A stretch of DNA of 35,408 bases from Octopus bimaculoides (taxonomy: Eukaryota): positions 1,066,059 to 1,101,466 of the forward strand of contig NC_069005.1 in the NCBI RefSeq assembly GCF_001194135.2. The letters are read 5' to 3'. The notes beneath the pieces are model-generated. The model ran no database searches, was not told the origin of the DNA, and worked only from the letters and a program-made list of their open reading frames with translations. Below are positions 10,424 through 22,462 of the stretch, one piece after another. Position numbers and translations under genes: made by a program. Positions within the stretch are counted from its first letter, which is position 1. Every line of letters starts with the position of its first letter.

Positions 10424-11349
10424 GATGCTGTGGCTATTCCATCGCTAATTAAGTAGGATACTGTTCAAAGATTTCAGACATAAAACATATTCTTATTTTA
10501 AAGATGGTAGAGAAGGTCTAAAGAAATGGTCTCGGATAAGATGCTGTCTGTTCTAATAACCACATGACCACCTCTCCTCACTGGCTCATTGGTGAAAGGA
10601 TTCCCTCTGAATAATAAGGGTTTCCTTCGAAAACACTTCAGGTACCGTACAACTATTAGTGTAGACTAGAGCTGCAAATCCACAGAAATATACATTGGAC
10701 ATAAAAACAAATTTGTAATGAGTAATAATTATGAAGATTTGTATTATTATTATTATTATTATTATTAGAAACTATAGTAATCTCTTGTGTTTGTATATAC
10801 ATGTGTGGTATTTAGCTCTGATCTGTAGCGGTATACAGAGCCGAACTAGTGAAAGCAATAACAATCTATAGTGTGCCAGTGAATACTATTGCAATCAATA
10901 GTACAAGAGGCATGTACTATTGAAATCTATTCGAATCAATAGCATCAAAGGCAGCTGTATTATTCAGTGCAGTATTTCATGATAGCTTTGATACAAACTC
11001 TGCAAACGCTGTCTTGGCAATAAGCCCAACCAACTTTCAACACACACACACTCATACAGAACAGCTGCTTCTACTACTATTACCAATACAAATATACAGG
11101 AGGTGGTGGGGTGGGGGGCAGGTAGAGTCGCTCCAACTGAATGCCATTATGTGAGAGATACTCTTCTTTTTTTTCTGATTTTTCTTTTTTTTTTACCTCC
11201 CCAATCCAGGAAGGAATAAAAGCAAAGTGAAATTCGATGGGAGTTGAACACAGAACATTACTAAGTACAGCAAGGGATTTCCTCCAATCACTTACTGATT
11301 CTACCAGAATAATAATAATAATAATAATAACAACAATAATAATAACAAA

Positions 11350-11735
11350 AATGGTATCAAATTTTAGCACAAGGCCAGCAGTTTTGGGGGAGGGGGTTGA
11401 GTCAGTTACATCGACCCCCAGGGCTCAACTGGTCCTTATTTTATCGACCCTGAAAGGATGAAAGGCAAAGTCAACCCTGGTGGAATTTGAACTCAGAACA
11501 TAAAGGCAGACGAAATACAACTAAGCATTTCGCTCAGCTTGCTAACAATTTTGCTAGGACAGCAGTTTTGCGGGAGGGGGTGAGTCAGTTACATCAACCC
11601 CAGTATTCAACTGGTATTCATTTTATCAAAGCCCAAAAGGATGAAAGGCAAAGTGGATCTTGGCAGAATTTGAACTGAAAACTTGGAAATAGACAAAATA
11701 CCACTAAGCATTTCACTAACGATTCTGCCATCTGC
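11350..11735 (-). mobile_element. Tandem pair of family M SINEs
   Basis: Two successive units of about 185 bp share GAGTCAGTTACATC-ACCCC…AAAGGATGAAAGGCAAAGT…GAATTTGAACT. Confidence 0.75.
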
Positions 11736-11740
11736 TTTTA

Positions 11741-11741
<1 letters not shown>

Positions 11742-11771
<30 letters not shown>

Positions 11772-11911
11772 AAGAAGAAGAAGAAGAAGAAGAAGAAGAA
11801 GAAGAAGAAGGAGAAGAAGAAGAAGAAGGAGAAGAAGAAGAAGGAGAAGGAGAAGAAGAAGAAGAAGAAGGAGAAGGAGAAGAAGGAGAAGAAGAAGAAG
11901 AAGAAGGAGAA
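11742..11911. repeat. Pure-purine (GAA)n/(GGA) triplet tract of about 170 bp
   Basis: Read directly; explains the poly-Arg and poly-Phe ORFs in the track. Confidence 0.98.
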
Positions 11912-12334
11912 TGGTGGGGTGTTTAAGTAGACATCAAACTTATAGGGATCTACAAGCTTACAGGAGTACAGGCTAAAAAGTAGCATTGTGTACCATTAAT
12001 GAGTTGGGGGTCAATTATATAAAGGGATAATGAGATTGGATGGAATCTCACGACTTTCCAGAAATGGTTTATTAGGAGTGGGCATGTTAATTTTCTTCTG
12101 TGCATTGCCACGTCTCATTACACACACACACACACACTCTTGTTTGAGAGTAGAAATGGGATAAACGAAACTCAGAACAAAAGTATATATATATATAGAA
12201 AGCCACAGATGTTCCATCCTGGTTTTCCTGTCCGTCCTTGTATCGTCCATCTGTCTGTAGGTTTTCATTGCCGTCCATTTTTGGGGATTTATATATATAT
12301 TTATATAACATGATGAGGGACTCTTCTGTCACAG

Positions 12335-12845
12335 CTTCTGGCAAATGACCTGCACAAATGATTTGTTGATATTGATCAAATGTATGTGTCGTGCATTAGC
12401 TCACTCCTGCCATCAAACCAATGTTACTTAAACAGGTGCACAGTGCACCACATATTGGGTGTCAAAACGATTGCAACAAGTGGTGTAAAAATGTTTCTGA
12501 GGTCATGGATGTTGTGCTGTTTTTTGCTCTTGTAAGTCACGCCCACAAGTGTTAGACATATGAAATCCAAAAAGGTACCCAAGGTTGTTGTTGGAAAGAT
12601 GGTGGGTAATCTTGAGGGTGTCTGCCAAGTCAGTTGCCAGTCGTCGGAGCTTTAATGTGTTCCTGCCCTGGTTGCACATTTCCGAATAGTTTCCAAGAGA
12701 TTGATATGCCGAGCAAGATTGAGGTTCCAGGCTGGTGATGCAAACTCTGAGTATGGCCGTGCCATAGTCTTATACAACTCTAGATATCTGGAGAGTGGCT
12801 GACAAAGGTCTCACTGAATGGTGCGAAGACACTCCTCAGCTTTCT
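12335..12845 (-). mobile_element. Decayed CR1/L2-type LINE fragment (RT C-terminal region)
   Basis: Minus-strand translation LELYKTMARPYSEFASPAWNLNLARHINLLETIRKCATR resembles the CR1/L2 motif LYxxxVRPxLEYxxxVWxP…LExVQRRAT; stops and frameshifts are present. Confidence 0.65.
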
Positions 12846-12869
12846 TGACAATCTTAGAAATGGAAGTAG

Positions 12870-13185
12870 GACAAGTGTCTTCCTGGGCCAACCAATTCCT
12901 TGTGAGTGAATTTGGCAGATGGAAAATGTACTGAATCCCATCAAGTGTGTGAGTGTGTGTGTATTTGTTCCCACCACTGCTTGACAACTGATGTTGCTTT
13001 TTTTTACATAACTTTACATTCCCATAACTTAGTGGTTCAGCAAAAGAGACTGATAGAATAAGTAGCAGACTTCAAAACAAAAAAGAACACTGGGATGTGA
13101 TTTGTTGAACTGAAACCCTTTGAAGTGATGCTGCAGCATGGCCACAGTCCAAAGAGTGAAACTAGTGAAAGCCAAAAGATAAAAT
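12870..13185 (+). mobile_element. SINE-like element with a different tail (…CAGCATGGCCACAGTC…GAAACTAGTGAAAG…); inverted tail copies at about 22080-22140 and 33555-33610
   Basis: Body shares TTGTGAGTGAATTTGGCAGATGGAAA with family A; the tail recurs three times in the window. Confidence 0.6.
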
Positions 13186-13518
13186 TATGCTCAGCTGAGA
13201 TGGAATACAATCAACGCTGGCCCAGAAATTCATCCTGGTTCCTATTTCTGATGCTGCAGTTTGGTCGGTCTATGGTCATGTTCATTTGTTGTTGTTGTTG
13301 TTGTTGTTGTTGTCAGATATTTTATACTTGTTGTTGCTGTATTGGTTTTCTTAGCAATTGTACAGTGATTGTTCTTTTAGAAGTGGTTGGAAAGCTTTGT
13401 GGTAGCATTTATTGTGTAAGAAGGGTTGGGATCTGGCAGAGAATCGGCAGCAAAAGGAAGAGACTGGAGAGATTGGCGGAAGAAAGAAGAGAGCGAAAAG
13501 GAAGAAAGAAAGAAGTTA

Positions 13519-13565
<47 letters not shown>

Positions 13566-14647
13566 AAGGAATAAGTGAATAAGGCGAAAAAGAGAGGGGT
13601 GGGTGGGAGTAGTGGATAGGAAAGGAAGAGTTTCAGAGAGGTGGGGAGAGGGAGAGAGAGAAAAGTTAAAGCTNNNNNNNNNNNNNNNNNNNNNNNNNNN
13701 NNNNNNNNNNNNNNNNNNNNNNNNNNNNNNNNNNNNNNNNNNNNNNNNNNNNNNNNNNNNNNNNNNNNNNNNNNNNNNNNNNNNNNNNNNNNNNNNNNNN
13801 NNNNNNNNNNNNNNNNNNNNNNNNNNNNNNNNNNNNNNNNNNNNNNNNNNNNNNNNNNNNNNNNNNNNNNNNNNNNNNNNNNNNNNNNNNNNNNNNNNNN
13901 NNNNNNNNNNNNNNNNNNNNNNNNNNNNNNNNNNNNNNNNNNNNNNNNNNNNNNNNNNNNNNNNNNNNNNNNNNNNNNNNNNNNNNNNNNNNNNNNNNNN
14001 NNNNNNNNNNNNNNNNNNNNNNNNNNNNNNNNNNNNNNNNNNNNNNNNNNNNNNNNNNNNNNNNNNNNNNNNNNNNNNNNNNNNNNNNNNNNNNNNNNNN
14101 NNNNNNNNNNNNNNNNNNNNNNNNNNNNNNNNNNNNNNNNNNNNNNNNNNNNNNNNNNNNNNNNNNNNNNNNNNNNNNNNNNNNNNNNNNNNNNNNNNNN
14201 NNNNNNNNNNNNNNNNNNNNNNNNNNNNNNNNNNNNNNNNNNNNNNNNNNNNNNNNNNNNNNNNNNNNNNNNNNNNNNNNNNNNNNNNNNNNNNNNNNNN
14301 NNNNNNNNNNNNNNNNNNNNNNNNNNNNNNNNNNNNNNNNNNNNNNNNNNNNNNNNNNNNNNNNNNNNNNNNNNNNNNNACACGTTTTAATGGATTTAAA
14401 TATAAACATCTGCAAACAAATCAAAACAGAAGTCTCTGTGATGAAGTACAAGGCCTACAGAATGCATATGAATACATAGAGACAAGAATAGTTTTGAATT
14501 TGCCATATTGTCAATAGAAAAACTAGGGAAAAAAGAGAAATAGTATCTTGCATGGGGGAAGGTGAGGGTTGGCCACAGGAAGGGCATCCGGCTGTAGAAA
14601 ATCTGTCTCAATGAATTTTCCATCTGACTGATGTGAGCATGGATAAT

Positions 14648-15350
14648 TCATTATCATGATTTAACTTCCGTTTTCTATGCTGGCATGGGTTGGATGGATC
14701 GACAGGAGCTGGCAGGGCTGCAAAGCGGCCCAGGTTCCATGTCTGTTTTGGCATGGTTTCTACAGCTGAATGCCCTTCTTAATGCCAACCACTTTACAGA
14801 GCGTACTGGGTGCTTTTACGCAACATGGGCACAGGTGTGTTTACGTGGTACCAGCACCCATGAGCCCGTAAGATTAGAAACACCCAGCTGAAGAGGGATG
14901 TAGGGAACATGTCTGTATGCAAAGACAAACATGCCCTTATTTAGCTTGACATGTCTTCTCAAGCTCAACAAACCATCAGGGGTCTTGGTTCCTTGTTGTC
15001 CCTTCTGTAAGGTCCAACGTCTGGAGATCCTTTCTTACTACTTTGTCCCATGTCTTGCTAGCTTTACCCCTTCCACATGTTCTCTCCACAATTAGAGATT
15101 GGTACCTCCTGATACAACTATCTTCATTCATATGCATTACATGGCCATACCAGCACAGTCTTCTCTCTTGCACACTACATCTGAGACTATGTACACTCAG
15201 TTTTTCTCTCAAGCCACTTACACTCAGTCGTATACGCACACCGACATTATCCATCCATCAGAGCATACTGGCTTCATTTCTTTCAAGCCTTCACATATCC
15301 TCAGTAGTTACAGCCCATGTCTCACTGCCATGTAGCATAGCTGTTCCTAC
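14648..15350 (-). mobile_element. 5'-truncated RTE-clade LINE (end of RT ORF plus 3' UTR)
   Basis: Translation AMLHGSETWAV…QERRLCWYGHVMHMNEDSC…CGRGKASKTWDKVVRKDL matches RTE motifs (YGSETW, RLRWxGHVxRM, RGRPxKxW); contains stops. Confidence 0.85.
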
Positions 15351-17082
15351 ATAAAAAATATCATGACCCCCAACATGATTCGAACATGCAGCCTTCTGAT
15401 CTGGAGCAGGTATGGATCAAAGAGATGCAGGCTTTGTTTAGCCGAAAGATCTCATTCCCTTTTTAGGTCTGATAACTCTAATGACCTACAAAATTCNNNN
15501 NNNNNNNNNNNNNNNNNNNNNNNNNNNNNNNNNNNNNNNNNNNNNNNNNNNNNNNNNNNNNNNNNNNNNNNNNNNNNNNNNNNNNNNNNNNNNNNNNNNN
15601 NNNNNCCTTCTGATCTGGAGCAGGTATGGATCAAAGAGATGCAGGCTTTGTTTAGCCGAAAGATCTCATTCCCTTTTTAGGTCTGATAACTCTAATGACC
15701 TACAAAATTCTAGATCTGAAGTTTTCATGAAATGTAAACGCCTGGACAAATTTTTTTTATTGAACTGGAAAACACCACCCTCAACGGAATAAGCATGTAG
15801 TCTCATCACATTTGACCTTCTCCTCAGTGAAATAATTTACATCAACCATATTAATTGATTCAAGAGGGCCACAACATTAATTTTCTTTCTTTTTTTTTTC
15901 TTCATTTTCACATATGTTGTTTAACCTTCTTCTCATCCTTCCTTGCTTTTTTTTTCTCAAAGACCAGCCATCTTGAGTGTAAAAGATTGGTCTGGAATAC
16001 ACAGCACGCTCATCCAACCATCACATTTTCACAACATGAAACCAATAACAGCTCAAATCTAAATCCTATGTGTATTAAATGTTATTCACACACACACACA
16101 CAATAATCTTACCTCAAAATCAAATACTCCCCCCACATTACATCTTTGTCTTGACCTGCCAGAAATAGCAGGCTGATCTCTTTTAATAAACTTTTATCAC
16201 CTCAAAAGAGGAACGAGCATATAAGATTATGTAATCCTACATACTGCTTGTAAAAATAAGATAAGACTAGACAGTCATGGAAGGGAAGTCTATGATTAAG
16301 CCTGACCTGGGGCTAAACAGCATAAATGCATTTGACTGCATAAATGATGCTTAAGTTTTAATGAAAGAGCCTTGTTTAGAAACCAGTCCTTTTAGGGAAA
16401 AATATGGGAGTATATTAAATACCACACACACAATGCGAGTCTGTGTGTGAGGGTTTCTATGTGGCCACTCAGCCTGCTAGAAATAACAGTTACATCTTCC
16501 TCCAATCCCACCCCACAGGGATGGGCATTCTTTTGGTTTTTGATTATATATTTGAAAGTGGAAAATGTTGACGCCAATCCAATACTCTCCAACCGGACAT
16601 ATCAAACAAGCCACTTTCTTGTTTTTATTTTTCATCAAAATACATTTTCTGATTCCTGTTTTCAACAACGGAAATAATAAATTTGCACACAAAAAAAAAA
16701 AACCCGACAAAAGGGAAAAAATGCTTTTCGAATTTATGACAATCTTTAAAAAAATTTTTCGTTGATTTTAATATTTTTGTGGGGGTGGGGGCACGTTTAG
16801 AAACCAGAAGATTACAATTCTGAAAAAAAAAAAAAATTTTTTTCCCCCTCCAAAATTTCACTTCGTAATCCCTAACACCAATTACTTACAACACACACAT
16901 ACTATACAAACATACACTGTCTTCCACATAGCCATTATCATAAACACACACACAGTGAGGGAATCTTACATGGTCACTCAAACTGCTAGAAATAGTAGCC
17001 CAATTCTCCCTAAAATCACACCCTATCGCCTTGGAAATAAAGGCACAACGGGAACGCATGGATACAACTACAGTTTGGTGCC

Positions 17083-17410
17083 CCGCCTACTTTGTTTCTT
17101 CGTAACTTACTGAAAAATGCATATTTTTAGATGAATTTTTGCAGAAATACGTTTTCGAGTGTATAGATTATTATTATGTTGATGAAAAGTCAGTATCAAA
17201 AGTTATAGAAATTTCAAAGCATTCTTCTTCACTCGGCCCCGACTTTGCGACAGTCAATTTCCCTAAGTTCAGCAATTTTTCACTTATTTGCAGATACATA
17301 AGTTTGAAACGGCGACATTACATAATCAACAGAGTCGGAGTCGTATTTCTGCCACATGTCATTCAAAAATATGTATCTTTAAGGGAGTCCTGAAGAAACA
17401 AAGTAGGAGC
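17083..17410. mobile_element. MITE/foldback element with imperfect terminal inverted repeats of about 65 bp
   Basis: The left end CCTACTTTGTTTCTTC…GCATATTTTTAGATGA…GCAGAAATACG pairs with the right end CGTATTTCTGC…TCATTCAAAAATATGTA…GAAGAAACAAAGTAGG. Confidence 0.75.
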
Positions 17411-17423
17411 GGAGAGAGAGTGG

Positions 17424-17465
<42 letters not shown>

Positions 17466-18784
17466 TCTGAAACCCCTTAAATGTTTTATGCTAACAATAT
17501 AATCACAATCTGAGAAAGTTATGAGGCAACAGAGTTCGAGAGGCACTAATGTGTAGTTATGCCGACCTTTGTTGATAGGCTTTCTCAATAACGGTTAACC
17601 TGCAAATCACACACACACACAGCAAGTTACTATAACCAAACATATACATGTAAATACGAATATGTAAAACCATCTGTACGCCAGTCAAAATATACACAAC
17701 ACATATATATATATATCTTATACATACATGAAATCCACCCAAAACGCAGATCCGTAACGAAAACCACCCAAGAACGTATTAAATTACTATCACACGCAAC
17801 TCTAAAACAAACAGTGAGCAGCAAAAGAGAGAAATTGGAACTAAAGAACATAAGAGGAAGAATAATTGCAGTCTGTTTGTAGAGATATCTTGCACAGGTG
17901 TTTGGTGGGTGCGTAGATGGGTCGGACAGGTGTTTATGGTAGTCTTATGGTGTGTGTGTGTGTGTATATACGTGTGTGTGTGTGTTGTTTAACCCCAGGC
18001 TGGCTGTGATCAAACAGATCTATATACGATCAAAAAGTAGTGTGTTTTCTTTATGCATTGCATAAGATGGATGTGGGGAACTGGTTTGACGAAATACTTA
18101 ACAAAAATTCGCTAAGTAATCGTGAGATCGTCGGTTCGATAGCACTGATGTCTTTTATTATTGCTCCGGGGGGGGGGGGGATCCGAGTGTACTTGTACTC
18201 TAGGGTGACACAGCATGTGACATTAACATACGGGTACAGTCGACCCGTGTGACATGCTGTGTCATGCTGATTCTTCCAGAGGAATAACGCTAAGCGTAAT
18301 AAATGGTAAATGGTGGTGGCAGTAGTGGATCTCCGTCGCTCGACATCGAGCAGGCGGATTCAGTCGTTGGCTCAACTGGATTATCTACTCCTGAATGATT
18401 AACGTATCAAAGTGGTTGTGTATTCCATAGACATGTATTCTTAAAGTAATTTCTCAGTCAGAATCAACATACATGACACGAGTGTGTGACAAGCGAAACC
18501 TTTTCGGATTCTAGGTAACAATCCACTCAAAGGACTTCTATACAGTTTCCGTGTACCGAAGGCTGTAAGCACAATATGGCTGAATGATTAAGAAGTGCAG
18601 CTGGCAACAACAAAGTCTCAGGTTCAATCACACGGTGTGACATCTTGTGCAAACATCATGTGGAATATACTCCACCTCTTAGGTTATAAATCGATGAGTG
18701 ATCAGTTCAATCAATCAGATTTATACATCACTGAAACTAACGGAGCATTCAATTTACTTTCAAATGTGTTTCTAATACAATAAT

Positions 18785-19595
18785 AATCACCATAACATCC
18801 ACTTTTCCATGCTTGCCTGGGTCAGACAGAGTTTAGTGAAGCAGATTTTTCTACAGCTGGATACCCTCCCTGCTTCCAGGCAAGGTAATATTTCTTCATG
18901 ATCAGACATGTTTTTCCCACAGAAGACTGGAAATGAAAAGTATTTATCTAAAACATCACATGACATCAAGACAAGGAGTCAAAAAAAAAAAAAAACCCCC
19001 CAAAAAGGTCATATTTTCTCTGACCTGATATACTGCAAGGAAGACCTCAAACAAATGACACCACTTGTATGATAATGACAATTTCGTAATCATCATCATT
19101 TAATGTCTGTTTTCCATGCTGGTATGGGTTGGACGGTTTGACAGGAGCTGGCAAGGCTGCAGAGCTGCTCCAGGCTCCATTGTCTGATTTGGTGTGGTTT
19201 CTATGGCTGGATGTCCTTCCTAATGCCAACCATTTTACAGAGTGTGCTGGGTGCATTTACGTGGCACCAGCACAAGATTAGGAAAACTCAGCTGGAAAGG
19301 GATGTAAGGGACAGCCTGTATGCAAGGACAACCATGGTTTTAATTAGCTTGATGCGTCTTCTCAAGCACAGCAAATCCCCTAAAGTCTCGGTCCCCTGTC
19401 ATCCCCTTTCTGAGGCCCAACGTCAAGACAAATACACTCACACACACTTATATAGGCATATATACTGCATCCATTAATAAGGCTTTGGTTGCCTCTGGTG
19501 CTATAGCAGAAGGCACTTGCCCAAAGTGCCGCATAGTGGGGCTGAACCTGAAACCATGTGGTTGAGAAGGAAACTTCTCATCACACAGCCAAGCC
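18785..19595 (-). mobile_element. Cluster: family A SINE 3' part (18785-18985), RTE 3' end (19085-19425) and family A SINE head (19440-19595)
   Basis: Motifs shared with the other copies; the 19340-19425 part matches the end of the RTE ORF (TCTTCTCAAGCACAGCA). Confidence 0.72.
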
Positions 19596-20254
19596 TTGTT
19601 ATATAACAAGTTTTTCAGGAGAAATAGAGAAGAGCTGCAAAGCTTGCATGATTCAATTTAAGCCACAAACAACTCACCAAAATTGCAAGAGTTGTGCAAA
19701 CAACACACCATTGAGACGACGAACTGAGACAACGAGTTTTGTCTTTTATCTTTTGCCAAGCTGAGATAACCACACAGAATTACTGGATTTTGGACAACCA
19801 AACTAAATTCTTCCTTTACTTCACAAACATGAACTTTCAGATTAAATAACAATGAGCATTTTGCATGCTTCAGAGAGAGACAATTCAATGAACCATATTT
19901 TCTATTCTCCTAGTAAATTTGGCCACAGAGGAGGACATGACCAATGCAACAGATATTGAACTAGAAATGCAAAACCTGATAACAAAGAAATAACATGGAA
20001 AAAAATCTGTGAATTTGTAGCCCTGAGATGTGAAAGCCTTGCAGAGAAACACTTGAAGCAAATGGTGAAAGCACTGAAAAAGTGAAGAAAGAAGTTGAAA
20101 ATGTTACAAAAGATGGTTGTAGCATTCAAGATCCATGGAAAGAAATGAGGCAGAAGAGTTTGGGAGATTAAATTCTGGAGGCAAATTTTGGCTGAATGTT
20201 GAACAGTCCTACAGTTTGGATCAACCACATATTGTTACTGCAAAGTGCTCTAGT

Positions 20255-20388
20255 CCTTTAGCATTCAAATTACTGTCAAATGTAATGCTTATTTATTCTT
20301 AGAACGATGTTGTGGGGTAGGTGCGACAAGTCAGAGATGGCCAGTTTGAACATAAAACACAATATTTAGGTTTGATATAGCTAAAGGG
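20255..20388. mobile_element. Internally deleted copy of the 136-364 MITE
   Basis: TCCTTTAGCATTCAAATTACTGTCAAATGTAATGC…GCTAAAGGG; both terminal repeats present. Confidence 0.65.
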
Positions 20389-22019
20389 CCAAGGCAGACA
20401 TTTAGGCAATACAAGGAAAGTGACAAATGAATTTTCTTTCTCTTTTTTATTTTTTTTGCCATTCCAAAGACCAAATATTCATCAGAAAAGTTAATGTCAT
20501 CATAAAACACATTTCTTTGTCTTCCTGGTACTTCTGCAACAACAGAACAAAATGTTTTCTGTAACAAATATGTGGTCAGAAAAGAGGGACCATATTCTAG
20601 AAGCTATAATCAGGAAAGGACCTTCTCATGATTAAACATTGTACAAAACGGTTCACATTTTTTTTTTCCTTTTTAACCAAATTAAGATTGACAATGGATA
20701 CATTTAAAAAAAAAAAAGTTGTTTTAACAGAAAAACCTAAAAGTACCAGTAACTGAATGAAATATTATTTCACAGTAAACATGTGTTTGGTTTAGTATAT
20801 TTTTAAATACCACTGTTCCCCATCACAAATATTTTTATGTGTTTCTGCTGTGAGGTAAACAAAAAAAAAAACTGCTTTCTACATTGTCTTTGTTGCTTAT
20901 CTCTTTCCTTGTTAACTGACATATTCTTAAACTCCACTCATAGCATCGCCGTATAAGTTATGGACTACCTAGACATAAGGCAAGCATTTGCGTTAACCTG
21001 GTGTAAAAAAAATACCACAACCAATCCTCCATTTGATGGCAGTGTGTTGAATGACAATCAGGAAATACAGTGTGGGAATGCAGTCACGTGATCATATGGT
21101 GTGGGAAGGTATAGAGTCAGGTAAAACTAACAAACACTTTCTGCAAGGACTGTAACTTGCTGTTTTGCACCTGAGAATGAATCAGATTGACTAAATGGCT
21201 GAGAAACCCCATGCCATGCATTATGTTCTACAGCTTGGAAAGATTAGTAAAGTGAAACACCTTTGCATAATCAATGAAGTACAGGTGCATCATCAAGTGT
21301 TTATCTCACACATTCTGCAGGATCCAAAGAACATATGCCATCTGGTCACATTCCCTTGACCGATCAAAAGATCAGCTTGTTCCCGAGAAATCTTGGTCCA
21401 TATCCTGGATTTGTCTCATTATAAAATAATGCAGAAGAGGATTTCCACAACTCAGCAGAAGAGAGCAATTGTTCTGTTCTTTCTATCAACTCCTTACTTT
21501 GGTACGAAGGATTTAACCCTTTAACAGGGAAATTAAATGTCATGGTTATTCCAGAAATCATATTAAATGTCTACCACAAAATAGAATTGGTATTTTCTGA
21601 AAGTCATATTGCTTCAATAAAATTAACATATCTCAAAAGAAAATGGTTTCAAATATGACATTCCTCAACAAAAGATAGAATGGTGTATAAGACTGCTTTC
21701 TGCAGTTAAGGGAAATTAAATTTTGAGTGGATATGTCTGATTAGTGCAGTAAAAGGATTAACATGGATGTATGTGGGTCTGTATATGGGTGTTTGGGGAT
21801 CAAAGAAATGGAGGACAAAAGCAGAAGATGAATGCAGTGAAAGCACCCCCGGCAGAGATGCTGGGGAGACATGGCCAGAACAGCATGCGTGCTTCATTTC
21901 TTTACAGCCTCCACAAATCTTCTGCACCCAAAGCCCAGGCCTCACTATCATACAACACTCCACCCACGAGCATCATACGGTCCATGTGTGTGTGTTTGAC
22001 CCTGCAGCTCAGTGGATAC

Positions 22020-22462
22020 TGTCAGACAGTCCAACCCATGCCAGCTTGGAAAACAGACATTAAATGATGATGATGATATATATTCTTTTACTCGTTTCAG
22101 TCATATTTGACTGTGACCATGCTGGAGCACCGCCTTAAATGGTTTTTTGTAAGCCCAGTGCTTACTCTATTGCCAAACCACTAAGTTACAGGGAAGCAAA
22201 TACATCAACATCGGTTGTCAAGTGATGGTGGGGGGAGGGACAAACACAGACACACACATAAATATATACAATGAGCTTCTTTCAGTTTCCATCTATCAAA
22301 TCCACTCACAACGCTTTGGTTGGCCAGGGGCTATAGTAGAAGACACTTACCCAAGGTGCCATGCAGTGGGACTGAACCCAGAGTCTGGTGCAGGTTTCTG
22401 CCTGGCCAGCTCCTGTCGAACCATCCCAACCATGCCAGCATGGAAGGTGGATGTTAAATGAT
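22020..22462. mobile_element. Mosaic of SINE/RTE fragments in both orientations
   Basis: Plus-strand tail 22020-22080, minus-strand SINE 22080-22380, plus-strand tail 22380-22462. Confidence 0.65.

Noticed and set aside
11683-11986. Poly-Arg and poly-Phe ORFs
   Set aside because: Translations of the GAA tract.
15392-15710. 105-bp repeats separated by about 109 N, superficially like repeat-spacer-repeat
   Set aside because: Gap-flanking overlap artefact; there is no CRISPR-like array or cas gene, and the context is eukaryotic.
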